The position numbers and the translations under genes are program-made. The notes under the pieces were generated by a model. The model made no database searches. It had not been told where the DNA came from and saw only the letters and a program-made list of their open reading frames with translations. 64,000 nucleotides of DNA, taken from Acidimicrobiales bacterium. Its GTDB lineage: Bacteria > Actinomycetota > Acidimicrobiia > Acidimicrobiales > MedAcidi-G1. Within the stretch, counting starts at the first letter, position 1, and each line of letters starts with the position of its first letter. Below are positions 55,301 through 63,848 of this stretch, piece after piece. The stretch lies in contig JASLKB010000001.1 in assembly GCA_030747775.1 (NCBI GenBank), positions 1,803 through 65,802 on the forward strand, in the 5' to 3' direction.

Positions 55301-56424
55301 GGAGTCCTCGTTTCAGAAGGCGGAGACTGCTGTGCCTGGGCCTCGCGAACCACTGGGTGGACGACGTTGCCTCCGGCCACCACCAGCATTCCCGCCAGCA
55401 CTTCGTCGTCCGGGTCGACGAAAGCTTCGCCGTCTCGGTCCAGCATCCGCACGAGGTTCAAGAGGTTGGTGGCGAACATCCGCGACGCCGTGAGAGCCGA
55501 CCCTGACGCCAGGTTGGTCGGTGCGAGGACTGTTGCCCCGTGGTGATCGACGTCGACGTCAGCCCTAGACACTTCACAGTTTCCGCCACGCTCGACAGCC
55601 AGGTCGATGACCAGGGAGCCGGGTCGCATCGCCGACACCATGTCAGCGGTCACCAACAGTGGGCTCCGCCGACCCGGGATCTGGGCGGTAGCCACCACCA
55701 CGTCCGAATCGGCGACGTGGGGGGCCAGCACCTCATGGATCCGGACTGCGTCCGGCGCCCCGCCGTCGGCTCCTAGTGGCGGTTCGATGGACCGTCCACC
55801 TAAAGATCGGATCTGTTCGAGGGCCTCCGAACGAATGTCGAAGCCCTCTACTACTGCGCCGAGTCGACGGGCGGTGGCCACGGCCTGCAGACCCGCCACG
55901 CCGGCACCGAGGACGAGCACTCTGGCGGGGGGAACCGTCCCGGCGGCGGTGATGAGAAGCGGGAACATCTTCGGCAGCCGCTCAGCTGCCACCAGGACCG
56001 CTTGAAAGCCAGCGACTGTCGCCATCGACGACAACACGTCCACGGCCTGAGCCCGGGTAGTCCGGGGGACGAGGTCCAGAGACAAACCGGTCGCGCCCGT
56101 TGCCGCAAGCGCCACGGCACGGTCCGGCCGCCAGACCGGGTCGAGGAGGCCGACCACCACGTGGTCGGAGCTGAACCCGTGATCACCAACGGATGCCAAC
56201 GGGTCGATACCAACGACCAGTCCGCCTCCGCCGAGGAGGCTGGGTCCTGAGGCCGTCTCGGCTCCGGCGGACCGGTAACTCCCGTCGGCTGCCCCGATGC
56301 CGTCGCCAGCACCAGACTCGACGATCACCCTGTGCCCCTCCGCGACCAAGGTCTCAACGGCCTCTGGGGTGATGGCCACCCGGCGATCGCCGGACACCCG
56401 CTCGCCCAGCACTGTGATGCGCAT
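55297..56424 (-). CDS. pntA: NAD(P) transhydrogenase subunit alpha part 1 (dI, alanine-dehydrogenase-like)
   Basis: VLVLGAGVAGLQAVATARRLGA Rossmann motif. ATG 56424 has a GGAGGAG RBS. Confidence 0.9.
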   Translation of the reverse strand: MRITVLGERVSGDRRVAITPEAVETLVAEGHRVIVESGAGDGIGAADGSYRSAGAETASGPSLLGGGGLVVGIDPLASVGDHGFSSDHVVVGLLDPVWRPDRAVALAATGATGLSLDLVPRTTRAQAVDVLSSMATVAGFQAVLVAAERLPKMFPLLITAAGTVPPARVLVLGAGVAGLQAVATARRLGAVVEGFDIRSEALEQIRSLGGRSIEPPLGADGGAPDAVRIHEVLAPHVADSDVVVATAQIPGRRSPLLVTADMVSAMRPGSLVIDLAVERGGNCEVSRADVDVDHHGATVLAPTNLASGSALTASRMFATNLLNLVRMLDRDGEAFVDPDDEVLAGMLVVAGGNVVHPVVREAQAQQSPPSETRTP

Positions 56425-56653
56425 GTCTCCTCCGGGGTCGGACAATTCCTTGACCAACGGCCGACGATGGTACTTCGTCGAGAGTTCGACTGGTCTCGGC
56501 TCAGTTCATGTCGCGGCTATCAGGTCAGAGAGTCGTAAGCGATGGCCTGGAACACGCTGCCAACTAGGGGTGCCTCAAATCCCAAAGGACTCAGGGCCGC
56601 TATGCGGCCTAAGGGCGAAAATGTCGCCCAGTCATGTCAAGAAAACCAGACGG

Positions 56654-56672
56654 CCCCCTGCTGGGCAGGGGG
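56654..56672 (-). terminator. hairpin immediately 3' of tRNA-Gly (bidirectional in form)
   Basis: CCCCCTGC-TGG-GCAGGGGG. A T-run lies on the plus-strand side (TTCTTTT) and GGTTTTCTT follows 8 nt downstream on the minus strand. Confidence 0.45.
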
Positions 56673-56678
56673 TTCTTT

Positions 56679-56754
56679 TGGAGCGGACGACGAGATTCGA
56701 ACCCGCGACCCTCACCTTGGCAAGGTGATGCTCTACCAGCTGAGCTACGTCCGC
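56679..56754 (-). tRNA. tRNA-Gly (anticodon GCC), CCA encoded
   Basis: Manual fold: GCGGACG acceptor, GCTC/GAGC D arm, TCACC-TTGCCAA-GGTGA anticodon arm, GCGGG-TTCGAAT-CTCGT T arm, then CGTCCGC-T-CCA. Confidence 0.9.
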
Positions 56755-56802
56755 GTCAGAACGGAACGATAGCGGTCATGGGTCAGTTTAACGCCTCCTG
56801 GG

Positions 56803-57033
56803 TCACCCCTCGGTCGCCGGTCGCAGGTCGATCCGCAGCGTCAGAACACCGTCGTCGAGGGTGGCCTCGGCGTCACCCACGATGCCGAAGTCCATTAGGT
56901 CGTCCTGGGCCTGGTCGATGAACCGCTGCCGCTCCTCGCCACCCACCGGTGGCAGCGTCCGGGTCCGCACGGCGGCCGCCCGTTCCCGGAATCGCTGCAG
57001 CATCGCCTCGACGTCCAACACGGGTTCACTCAT
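56803..57033 (-). CDS. small acidic hypothetical protein (76 aa)
   Basis: Intact ORF with a 4-nt overlap with the upstream gene. No motif recognised. Confidence 0.5.
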   Translation of the reverse strand: MSEPVLDVEAMLQRFRERAAAVRTRTLPPVGGEERQRFIDQAQDDLMDFGIVGDAEATLDDGVLTLRIDLRPATEG

Positions 57034-57335
57034 CGGGCCACCTCCGCTAGCTCATCCTCGAGTTCCTTCCCGGTGGTCGGCGGGCGGGTACGCCACCAGA
57101 AGGCGGCGGTGCTCACAACGACGACGACACCAAGGATCCGCAGCATGACGACCACCCCGTCGACGCGTTCGCTGGCCGTCCTCCCTTCGTCGTCGACCTC
57201 CGGCGGCACCGTTTCGATCGTCGTGACCTGGGCATCCACCGGTGACACCAATGCCCCAAGCCACAGGCTGGCCAGGAACAACAGTGAAATGAGGCGACCG
57301 CGTCGGCGCGTCACAACCAGGCCTCTTCTCCGCAT
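57030..57335 (-). CDS. hypothetical exported/membrane protein (101 aa)
   Basis: N-terminal signal-like LISLLFLASLWLGALVSPVDA and a C-terminal TM helix ILGVVVVVSTAAFWW. Confidence 0.5.
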   Translation of the reverse strand: MRRRGLVVTRRRGRLISLLFLASLWLGALVSPVDAQVTTIETVPPEVDDEGRTASERVDGVVVMLRILGVVVVVSTAAFWWRTRPPTTGKELEDELAEVAR

Positions 57336-57385
57336 GCCCGAATCGTACTTCCAGCACCCCGTATCAATGGCTCACGGTCGGCGGC

Positions 57386-58165
57386 TCAGGCCTGGTGGTC
57401 TGGGCACCACCAACTGGTCCGACCACCGACCGTGTCCCGACGAAGCGGCCCGCCGTCTCGCGGACAAACTCCACCGGGTCGACGGTGTTCGAACAGGTCG
57501 CCGGTGTGGCTCCCACCACGACGGTCCATCTGGTCGAGTGTGCGGAGGACAACCCGGTGCAGACGGCGAACCTCGACTGCTTCCAGCCCGCCTGCGGCGC
57601 GTAGTGGCGAGAACCCGGCCCGCCACAAGACCTCGTCGACCAGCAGGTTCCCCAGGCCGGCCAACCTCCCCTGATCCAACAACCGCGCCTTGAGTGGCTG
57701 CCTCCCCTCGGCCAGGGCACTACGCAGCCCGATTAGGTCGAGGGTCCAGACGTCGGGGCCGAGCACCGACAGGTCGGGCTCCAGCTCTGCGCCACCCAAC
57801 CGTCGAGGATCATCGATCCAGAGGCGGCCGCCACCACGGAACTGCAGGCCGAACCGTTCCCATACGGGATCGGACCGTCGCCCGCCCCATTCCAGACGTT
57901 CGATCGCCGCCTCGCCATCCACCAGCAACCGTCCGGTCATCCCGAACCGCAGTCCGAGGGTCGGACCGCCCGAATGCAACAGGAGTACCTTTCCGTGTCG
58001 GACCGTTCCAGTGATCCGACGGCCGGTCAGTGCATCGGCCACGCCCCGTGGCGTGACGCCCCCCTTGAGGAACCAGGCGTCCGGCGCCTCGACCATGGTG
58101 ATGGTCCGCCCCACTACCCGCTCGGCGAGCCGGCGGTAGGCCTCGACCTCGAGGATCTCCGGCAC
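57386..58165 (-). CDS. nei: Fpg/Nei family DNA glycosylase (endonuclease VIII-like)
   Basis: N-terminal MPEILEVEAYRR (catalytic Pro2), H2TH segment GLGNLLVDEVLWRAG and a C-terminal zinc finger CPRDGGPL ... WWCPDHQ. Confidence 0.88.
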   Translation of the reverse strand: MPEILEVEAYRRLAERVVGRTITMVEAPDAWFLKGGVTPRGVADALTGRRITGTVRHGKVLLLHSGGPTLGLRFGMTGRLLVDGEAAIERLEWGGRRSDPVWERFGLQFRGGGRLWIDDPRRLGGAELEPDLSVLGPDVWTLDLIGLRSALAEGRQPLKARLLDQGRLAGLGNLLVDEVLWRAGFSPLRAAGGLEAVEVRRLHRVVLRTLDQMDRRGGSHTGDLFEHRRPGGVCPRDGGPLRRDTVGGRTSWWCPDHQA

Positions 58166-58183
58166 GCTGGCGTCGGTGTGCGC

Positions 58184-59371
58184 TCAGTTGCCCGCTGCGT
58201 CTAACCCGCGGGCAAAATCGGCCATCAAGTCATCCACGTGTTCCAGACCGCATGACACCCGAACGGTCCCTTCCCCGATGCCCGACGCTTCGAGTTCCTC
58301 GGGGGTGAGCTTTACGTGCGTGGTGGTTGCTGAATGGCACACCAGGGTCTCCGGACCGCCCAACGAGGTGGCTTGGCGGGCAATGGAGGTGGCCTCCACG
58401 AACCGACGACCAGCGTCAACCCCCCCGGCGAGGTCAAAAGTGAGCTGGCTACCCATCGACCGCATCTGGCGCACGGCCAGGTCATGCTGGGGGTGGGACG
58501 CCAGTCCCGGGTGACGCACACCGAGCACCTTGCTGTGCCCCTCTAGGAAATCAGCGAGGACCAGTGACGTCTCGGACTGTTGACGGAGCCGGGCTCCGAG
58601 GGTCCGAACCCCTCGATGAGCGTTGTACGCGTCGTATGGCGAGGCGTTCGCTCCCTGGAGGACGGCGAACCCCCACAGCCACGAGATGAGGTCATCGGAC
58701 CCGGCGACAACCCCGAGGGTGGCGTCGTTGCTCCCGGCGATGCCCTTGGTGGCCGAATGAAGTACCAGATCAACGCCGTGGTCCAACGGGCGTTGGCCCA
58801 GCGGCGTGGCGAACGTGGAATCCACCACGGTCAGGGCGTTGGCGATCGCCCCCAGGTCGTCGAGGTCGACGAGATCCAAACGGGGATTGGCCGGCGTCTC
58901 GGCAAAAACCAGCTTCGTTCTGCCGGGCACCACGGCCTCGGCGAACGCCCCGGGCATCGTCCCGTCCACGAACGTCACGTCGATCCCCATACGGGGACAG
59001 ACGGTCTGCAGGAAGATTTGGGTACCGGCGTACCTCTGACGCTGGGCCACCACGTGGTCCCCTGATGAACAGACGCCCAGAACGACTGTGCTGAACGCCC
59101 CCATGCCCGAGGCAAAGGCCCGGGCGGACTCGGCGCCCTCCAACTCGGCGATCGTTGCCTCGAAGGCGTTGATGGTGGGGTTTCCGAATCGACTGTAGAA
59201 ACGCTCGGGGGCGATAGCGGTCGCCAGGCGACGACCCTCGTCCACGGTGTAGAACTCGAAGGTTGACGTCGGGTACAGCACTGGCGCCAGCGACGCCTCG
59301 CCGTCGGCCCGCCCACCCAGCACAGCGGCCGTCTCGGGGTGCAGGGGTTCGCGGCTTCGACTTTCGGTCAT
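58184..59371 (-). CDS. Cys/Met-metabolism PLP-dependent enzyme (cystathionine gamma-synthase/lyase family)
   Basis: YSRFGNPT and HSATKGIAGSND (PLP lysine). ATGA overlap with metX. Confidence 0.85.
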   Translation of the reverse strand: MTESRSREPLHPETAAVLGGRADGEASLAPVLYPTSTFEFYTVDEGRRLATAIAPERFYSRFGNPTINAFEATIAELEGAESARAFASGMGAFSTVVLGVCSSGDHVVAQRQRYAGTQIFLQTVCPRMGIDVTFVDGTMPGAFAEAVVPGRTKLVFAETPANPRLDLVDLDDLGAIANALTVVDSTFATPLGQRPLDHGVDLVLHSATKGIAGSNDATLGVVAGSDDLISWLWGFAVLQGANASPYDAYNAHRGVRTLGARLRQQSETSLVLADFLEGHSKVLGVRHPGLASHPQHDLAVRQMRSMGSQLTFDLAGGVDAGRRFVEATSIARQATSLGGPETLVCHSATTTHVKLTPEELEASGIGEGTVRVSCGLEHVDDLMADFARGLDAAGN

Positions 59372-60633
59372 GTGGACTCCACCTCCCTGAGGAAGACGTC
59401 GAGGTGGGAGCCGACCTCCCGCGTGGCCAGCAGGAACCCGTCGTGGCCGTCGGGACTCTGAATCACATGATGGTCGCAGCGCCCTCCGGCCCGACGGATG
59501 GCGTCACGGAGAACCGTCTGCTGGCTGGTCGGATACAGGGTGTCGGAACTGATGCTTAGGGTGAGCGCCGGCAGGTGGACGAGGCGGCCCACGGCGAGGT
59601 CCATGCCGCCACGATCACGGGCCAGGTCATGGAGGTCCATGACCCGGTTCAAGACGAGGTAACTGTTGGCATCGAAGCGCCGGACCAGCTTCTCGCCGTG
59701 GTAGTCAAGGTACGACTCGACCTGAAACCGATCCCACGGACCAAACAGTGCACGCGGGTCGACGAGATCCCGGGCAAACCGGTTGTCGAATACCTCATTG
59801 CTTCGATAGGTGATCTGGGCTACGGACCGGGCGATGGCCAGACCAGCGAACGGTCCGTCTCCAGGCTCGGCGTCGTAGTAGTCGCCGCCACGGAAACGGG
59901 GGTCGAGGGCCAGCACGGTACGACCTACTGCACTCCACGCCACCTGCTGAGCGCCGGCGGCCAGCGCCGTGGTGATCGGCGCAATGGACCGCACCCGGTG
60001 CGGATACATGACGCCCCACTCGAGGACCTGCATGCCACCCATCGAACCGCCCACCACCGCCAGCCACTGGTCGATGCCCAGGTGGTCCGCCACCGCGGCC
60101 TGACAGCGCACGATGTCGCGGGTGGTGACCGTGGGAAACGATGAGCCGTAGGGGCGACCGGTCGACGGATCTATCGAAGCCGGGCCGGTCGAACCCTGAC
60201 AACCACCGAGAGAGTTCACGCACACCACGAAATGACGGTCGGTGTCGATCCCCCGACCCGGCCCAATCACGCCGTTCCACCAGCCCTCGGTGATGTGACC
60301 GTCACCCGACGCGCCATAGGCATGGCTATCGCCGGTCAGGGCATGGCAGATGAGGATGGCGTTGTCAGCCTCGGGCGACAGCTCTCCCCAGGTCTCGTAG
60401 GCCATCTCGATGTCGACCAGCGCCTCGCCGCTCTCTAGCGCCAGCGGACGCCCGCCACCCACCGAGGTGAACTGTCGTCCGCCCACCGCGTCACCTGGGC
60501 GCCACGCCCCGGTAACCGGAAGGTCGGCCGCATAGGACCGCGGATGGACGGGACCAATCGGGAGCTGGCCGACAGGCGCGTCGACCGACGCGCCAACGGC
60601 GGTTCCGTCGTTGCTCGTCAGTTCGTCCGTCAT
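59368..60633 (-). CDS. metX: homoserine O-acetyltransferase
   Basis: AILICHALTGDSH, GGSMGGMQVLEW and SISSDTLYP. ATG 60633 (GGAGA RBS) was preferred because the ORF-track GTG at 60729 lies inside the riboswitch. Confidence 0.9.
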   Translation of the reverse strand: MTDELTSNDGTAVGASVDAPVGQLPIGPVHPRSYAADLPVTGAWRPGDAVGGRQFTSVGGGRPLALESGEALVDIEMAYETWGELSPEADNAILICHALTGDSHAYGASGDGHITEGWWNGVIGPGRGIDTDRHFVVCVNSLGGCQGSTGPASIDPSTGRPYGSSFPTVTTRDIVRCQAAVADHLGIDQWLAVVGGSMGGMQVLEWGVMYPHRVRSIAPITTALAAGAQQVAWSAVGRTVLALDPRFRGGDYYDAEPGDGPFAGLAIARSVAQITYRSNEVFDNRFARDLVDPRALFGPWDRFQVESYLDYHGEKLVRRFDANSYLVLNRVMDLHDLARDRGGMDLAVGRLVHLPALTLSISSDTLYPTSQQTVLRDAIRRAGGRCDHHVIQSPDGHDGFLLATREVGSHLDVFLREVEST

Positions 60634-60727
60634 GCCGTCTGTCTCCATCGGGACATCCAACGCGCTCGGCGCCGACAGCGTGACCAGAGGGCCAGCCGGC
60701 GGACACTTCGTTGCCCCTTTCGAAGCC

Positions 60728-60811
60728 ACATCCCCACCGTCCCCGGTGGGCGAGCACCTTGGGTGTCCGTCCCAGGTTGCCGGACCCGGTGAACCGGGCC
60801 TCTCGTGATGT
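60728..60811 (-). promoter_or_regulatory. SAM riboswitch aptamer, SAM-I clan (SAM-I / SAM-IV / SAM-I-IV type)
   Basis: The RNA is ACAUCACGAGAGGCCCGGUUCACCGGGUCCGGCAACCUGGGACGGACACCCAAGGUGCUCGCCCACCGGGGACGGUGGGGAUGU. Stems are P1 ACAUC/GAUGU, P2 GGCCCGG/CCGGGUC, P3 UGGG/CCCA and P4 CCCACCG/CGGUGGG. Conserved GAGAGG, GGCAACC and GGUGC are present, and it lies upstream of metX. Confidence 0.65.
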
Positions 60812-60888
60812 CGTTTCCCCAGTGTAGGGGGGCCGACGCGTGGGGACGCCCCTCTGTACCCCTTTGTCCTCCGGCGTCCAGAGAACGC

Positions 60889-62538
60889 TCAGAGGCGTGC
60901 CGGGTGACGAGACCACCACCAATCGACGAGAGCGTCCACCTCGTCACCGGCCACCACCCCATAGGCCTCTGCCATGATTCGACCGAAGGTCCGCCAGGCA
61001 CCGGCGTCAGTCGACAAATCGGACGAGGTGTGCAAGTCGTATGCCAGCGCCGCCCCCTGAGTCCAGGTCGCTGTATCCAAGGGCAGCGGCAGGTCTGCCA
61101 CTTGACTGGCCGAAAGCCGGAGCCGAGCCGACGACCGGGCCGCCCCTAGGGATCGCCGCATCGCCAAAGCGGTGATCGGCGGCGCGGACAGTGCGGCGGC
61201 CAGCCTCCACAAGGTCTCTAGGTCGGCAGGGTCGTTCGGTTCCACGACCACCAGCGGAGTGACGGGTACAAGACTCCCCACTGGATCAGCCACCACCTCG
61301 ACCACCGAAGTCTGGGAGGCCACCAGAAGCTTGGGTCGCTGCCGGTCGGCAAACCACTGCCCCACCTCGGGCTGGACGGTTGCAACCGCGGCGAGGTCGA
61401 CCACCGGGGCCCGCCAGCGTCGGCCATCAAAGCGGCAGGGCTGCTGGGCCCAACGGAGGCACAGCGGATCCACTAATGCCGTGGTGACCATCGGTGGGCG
61501 GGAGTCATCGGGACCAGTCCGTTCGGCCACCCCTGCGACCAGCCCGTAGAAGTGCTGGCGGAACCCGGCGGTTACACCGGCCAGATCACCTACACGACCG
61601 GATGCTGGGCCGTGGTCCGATGTCAGGATCTGGGGGATTCCCAGCACCTCGGCCACCACCGTGCCCCATGTCTCCCCGACCTCGGGGGGAAGGGCCGTCC
61701 CGCTTCGGACCACCTCCCGATCCACTAGGACCTGTACTGCACCGCGCCGACCACTAGGCGTTCGCCGGACCACCGGGGCGCAGACCTCGACGTGGCCGGC
61801 AAACACCCCGGACTGGTCCCACCACAGGCCGATCAAGCTGGCCTCGGTCACCAGCAGGTCCCGGATTGGACCGGCATCTCGGGCTGCAAGCACCGACTGG
61901 GGTTGGACGAGCACCATCCGGCCATCGTCGGCCAACAGGTCGAGCCCGGCGGCCAGGAACAGCCACGCCATGTCGGTGTATGCAGCGACTAAGCCCGGGT
62001 ACCTCGACCGGAGGGCTTCCCTATCGGCGGCCGATGCCGTCGTCGCCGCTCGGAGTTGTCCGAGGAACGGCGGGTTCCCGACCACAGCTTCGAACCCCGC
62101 AGCCGGCCCATCTGGCCAGATGGCAATCCCGGCACGGAGTGGATCACCGACCACCACACCGGCCACCTCGGACGGCTCTATGCCGGCCCACGAGGCCAGG
62201 AGCTGTCGGCAGGCCTCCACCGACGCCGGGTCGATGTCGGCCCCGAATAGGTGTCGGCGGGCCACGGTCGCTGGATCAGCGACTCCCCAGTCCACCATGC
62301 AGCGACCGGCGGCCAGTAGGAAAGCCCCGGCTCCGCAAGCCGGGTCAACCACCGTGGTGGCCGTGCCGTGGTCCGTGGACTCGACGGCCAGCGCTGTCAG
62401 GCGCGCCGCAACGTCGGGTGGCGTGAAAAAGACCCCGCGTGCCCGACGGTCGTCGACCCGCTGCAGGTCGGCCGCCAGGGTGGCGGCCAGGTCGTCGACC
62501 TCCAGCGAGGTCAGGCAGCCTCGGCGGCCGGGTCCCAC
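60889..62538 (-). CDS. gamma-class N6-adenine DNA methyltransferase (Eco57I/TaqI-like), no cognate nuclease seen
   Basis: GVFFTPPDVA, motif I VVDPACGAGAFLLAA, motif IV VVGNPPFLG and a long C-terminal target-recognition-like region. Start uncertain; 28-nt overlap with the helicase gene. Confidence 0.85.
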   Translation of the reverse strand: MGPGRRGCLTSLEVDDLAATLAADLQRVDDRRARGVFFTPPDVAARLTALAVESTDHGTATTVVDPACGAGAFLLAAGRCMVDWGVADPATVARRHLFGADIDPASVEACRQLLASWAGIEPSEVAGVVVGDPLRAGIAIWPDGPAAGFEAVVGNPPFLGQLRAATTASAADREALRSRYPGLVAAYTDMAWLFLAAGLDLLADDGRMVLVQPQSVLAARDAGPIRDLLVTEASLIGLWWDQSGVFAGHVEVCAPVVRRTPSGRRGAVQVLVDREVVRSGTALPPEVGETWGTVVAEVLGIPQILTSDHGPASGRVGDLAGVTAGFRQHFYGLVAGVAERTGPDDSRPPMVTTALVDPLCLRWAQQPCRFDGRRWRAPVVDLAAVATVQPEVGQWFADRQRPKLLVASQTSVVEVVADPVGSLVPVTPLVVVEPNDPADLETLWRLAAALSAPPITALAMRRSLGAARSSARLRLSASQVADLPLPLDTATWTQGAALAYDLHTSSDLSTDAGAWRTFGRIMAEAYGVVAGDEVDALVDWWWSRHPARL

Positions 62539-63680
62539 GCCATCAGGTCATCGAGCCGGGCGTCGTTGGAGTACACCTCGACGATGGGTTGCTTCAATCC
62601 GAGGCGACGGAGCAACTTGCGCACTTCGAGTTCCTCGTTCCAGAGCACCATGCTGACCACTACGCCGGACTCACCGGCCCGAGCCGTCCGACCCGATCGG
62701 TGGACGTAGGTCTTGGCATCCGATGGTGGGTCGTAGTGGATCACCACGTCGACGTCGTCCACGTGAATGCCGCGGGCGGCCACGTCGGTGGCCACGAGGC
62801 ACCTGATCTTCCCGGCGGTGAAGTCGGCCAGCGCTTTCTCTCGCTGGGCCTGGCGCAGGTCGCCATGGATGGCGGCCGCCTTGACGCCCTCGTCGACCAG
62901 CTTCCCGGCCAACTTGTCGGCTCCCCACTTAGTGCGGGAGAACACGATGGTCCTGTTGGAGGAGTCGATGATCCGCGCCGCAACCCGGACTCGGTCCATC
63001 TCGTGGACGGCCAGGAAGCGATGCTCCATCTCGGCCACCGTGATCTCACGGGATTCCACTTCGTGGGTTACCGGATCGCTCTGGTACCGGCTGATCAGGG
63101 CCCCGACCATCCCATCCAAAGTGGCCGAGAACAGCAGGGTCTGGTGTTCCTTTTCGGTCCTACGCAGGATCCACTCGACCTGGGGCATGAAGCCCATGTC
63201 TGCCATACGGTCGGCTTCGTCAATGACCACTCCGACCAGGTCGGCTACCGAGAGTTCCTCCTGCTGGATGAGGTCAATCATGCGTCCCGGGGTAGCGACC
63301 ACGAAGTCGACCCCCTTGCCGAGCGCGGCGATCTGCTTCTCGATCGGGGTGCCGCCGTAGATGGCCTCGATCCGCAATCCACGGACCTCGGCCAGCGGTT
63401 CAAGCTCGCGACAGACCTGTACTGCCAACTCTCGGGTGGGCACGAGGGCTAGGGCAGTAGGCCTCTTCGGAATCCCCCGAGACAGTCGCTGGATCAGCGG
63501 AATGCCAAAGGCCAGTGTCTTACCCGAACCGGTCTTTGCCTTGCCACACACGTCGCGGCCGGCCAAGCCGTCAGGGATGGTGAGCGCCTGGATGTCGAAC
63601 GGGGTCGTGATGCCCCGCTCGGAGAGGGCATCGACCAGATCCTGGTCGATGCCCAGATCGGCGAACTGGGTCGTCGTCAT
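62511..63680 (-). CDS. DEAD-box ATP-dependent RNA helicase (RhlE-like)
   Basis: Q motif TPFDIQ, AKTGSGKT, PTRELA, DEAD (VIDEADRM), SAT and HRSGRTARAG. Confidence 0.93.
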   Translation of the reverse strand: MTTTQFADLGIDQDLVDALSERGITTPFDIQALTIPDGLAGRDVCGKAKTGSGKTLAFGIPLIQRLSRGIPKRPTALALVPTRELAVQVCRELEPLAEVRGLRIEAIYGGTPIEKQIAALGKGVDFVVATPGRMIDLIQQEELSVADLVGVVIDEADRMADMGFMPQVEWILRRTEKEHQTLLFSATLDGMVGALISRYQSDPVTHEVESREITVAEMEHRFLAVHEMDRVRVAARIIDSSNRTIVFSRTKWGADKLAGKLVDEGVKAAAIHGDLRQAQREKALADFTAGKIRCLVATDVAARGIHVDDVDVVIHYDPPSDAKTYVHRSGRTARAGESGVVVSMVLWNEELEVRKLLRRLGLKQPIVEVYSNDARLDDLMAWDPAAEAA

Positions 63681-63848
63681 TTATTCCTGTGCTTCCCGGC
63701 AACCATGCTGCCGTGTCGTCACCCGCGCCTCAGCGGGTCCGCCACCGCTCTTCCCGGGTGACGAGGCCGTCGAGGGTCGGCGTACAAGCGGCCGACGAAC
63801 CCGAACGGGTACGGCCATCCTACCTGTGCGGACGCTCGACGCCGGGGG

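Noticed and set aside
56654-56679. Plus-strand intrinsic terminator (hairpin plus TTCTTTT) implying an unannotated plus-strand gene at 56458..56650
   Set aside because: No credible plus-strand ORF or RNA gene precedes it. The hairpin is better explained as the terminator of the minus-strand tRNA-Gly with bidirectional form.
61661-63452. Long plus-strand ORFs (61661..62656 and 62439..63452) opposite the N6-methyltransferase and the DEAD-box helicase
   Set aside because: Shadow ORFs. The minus-strand frames carry complete methyltransferase and helicase motif sets.
60889-63680. Helicase plus methyltransferase as a DISARM/BREX-like defence module
   Set aside because: The helicase is a compact canonical DEAD-box RNA helicase (Q motif, DEAD, SAT, HRSGRTAR), not a large defence helicase. 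No PLD, PglZ, alkaline-phosphatase, ATPase or nuclease partners are present.
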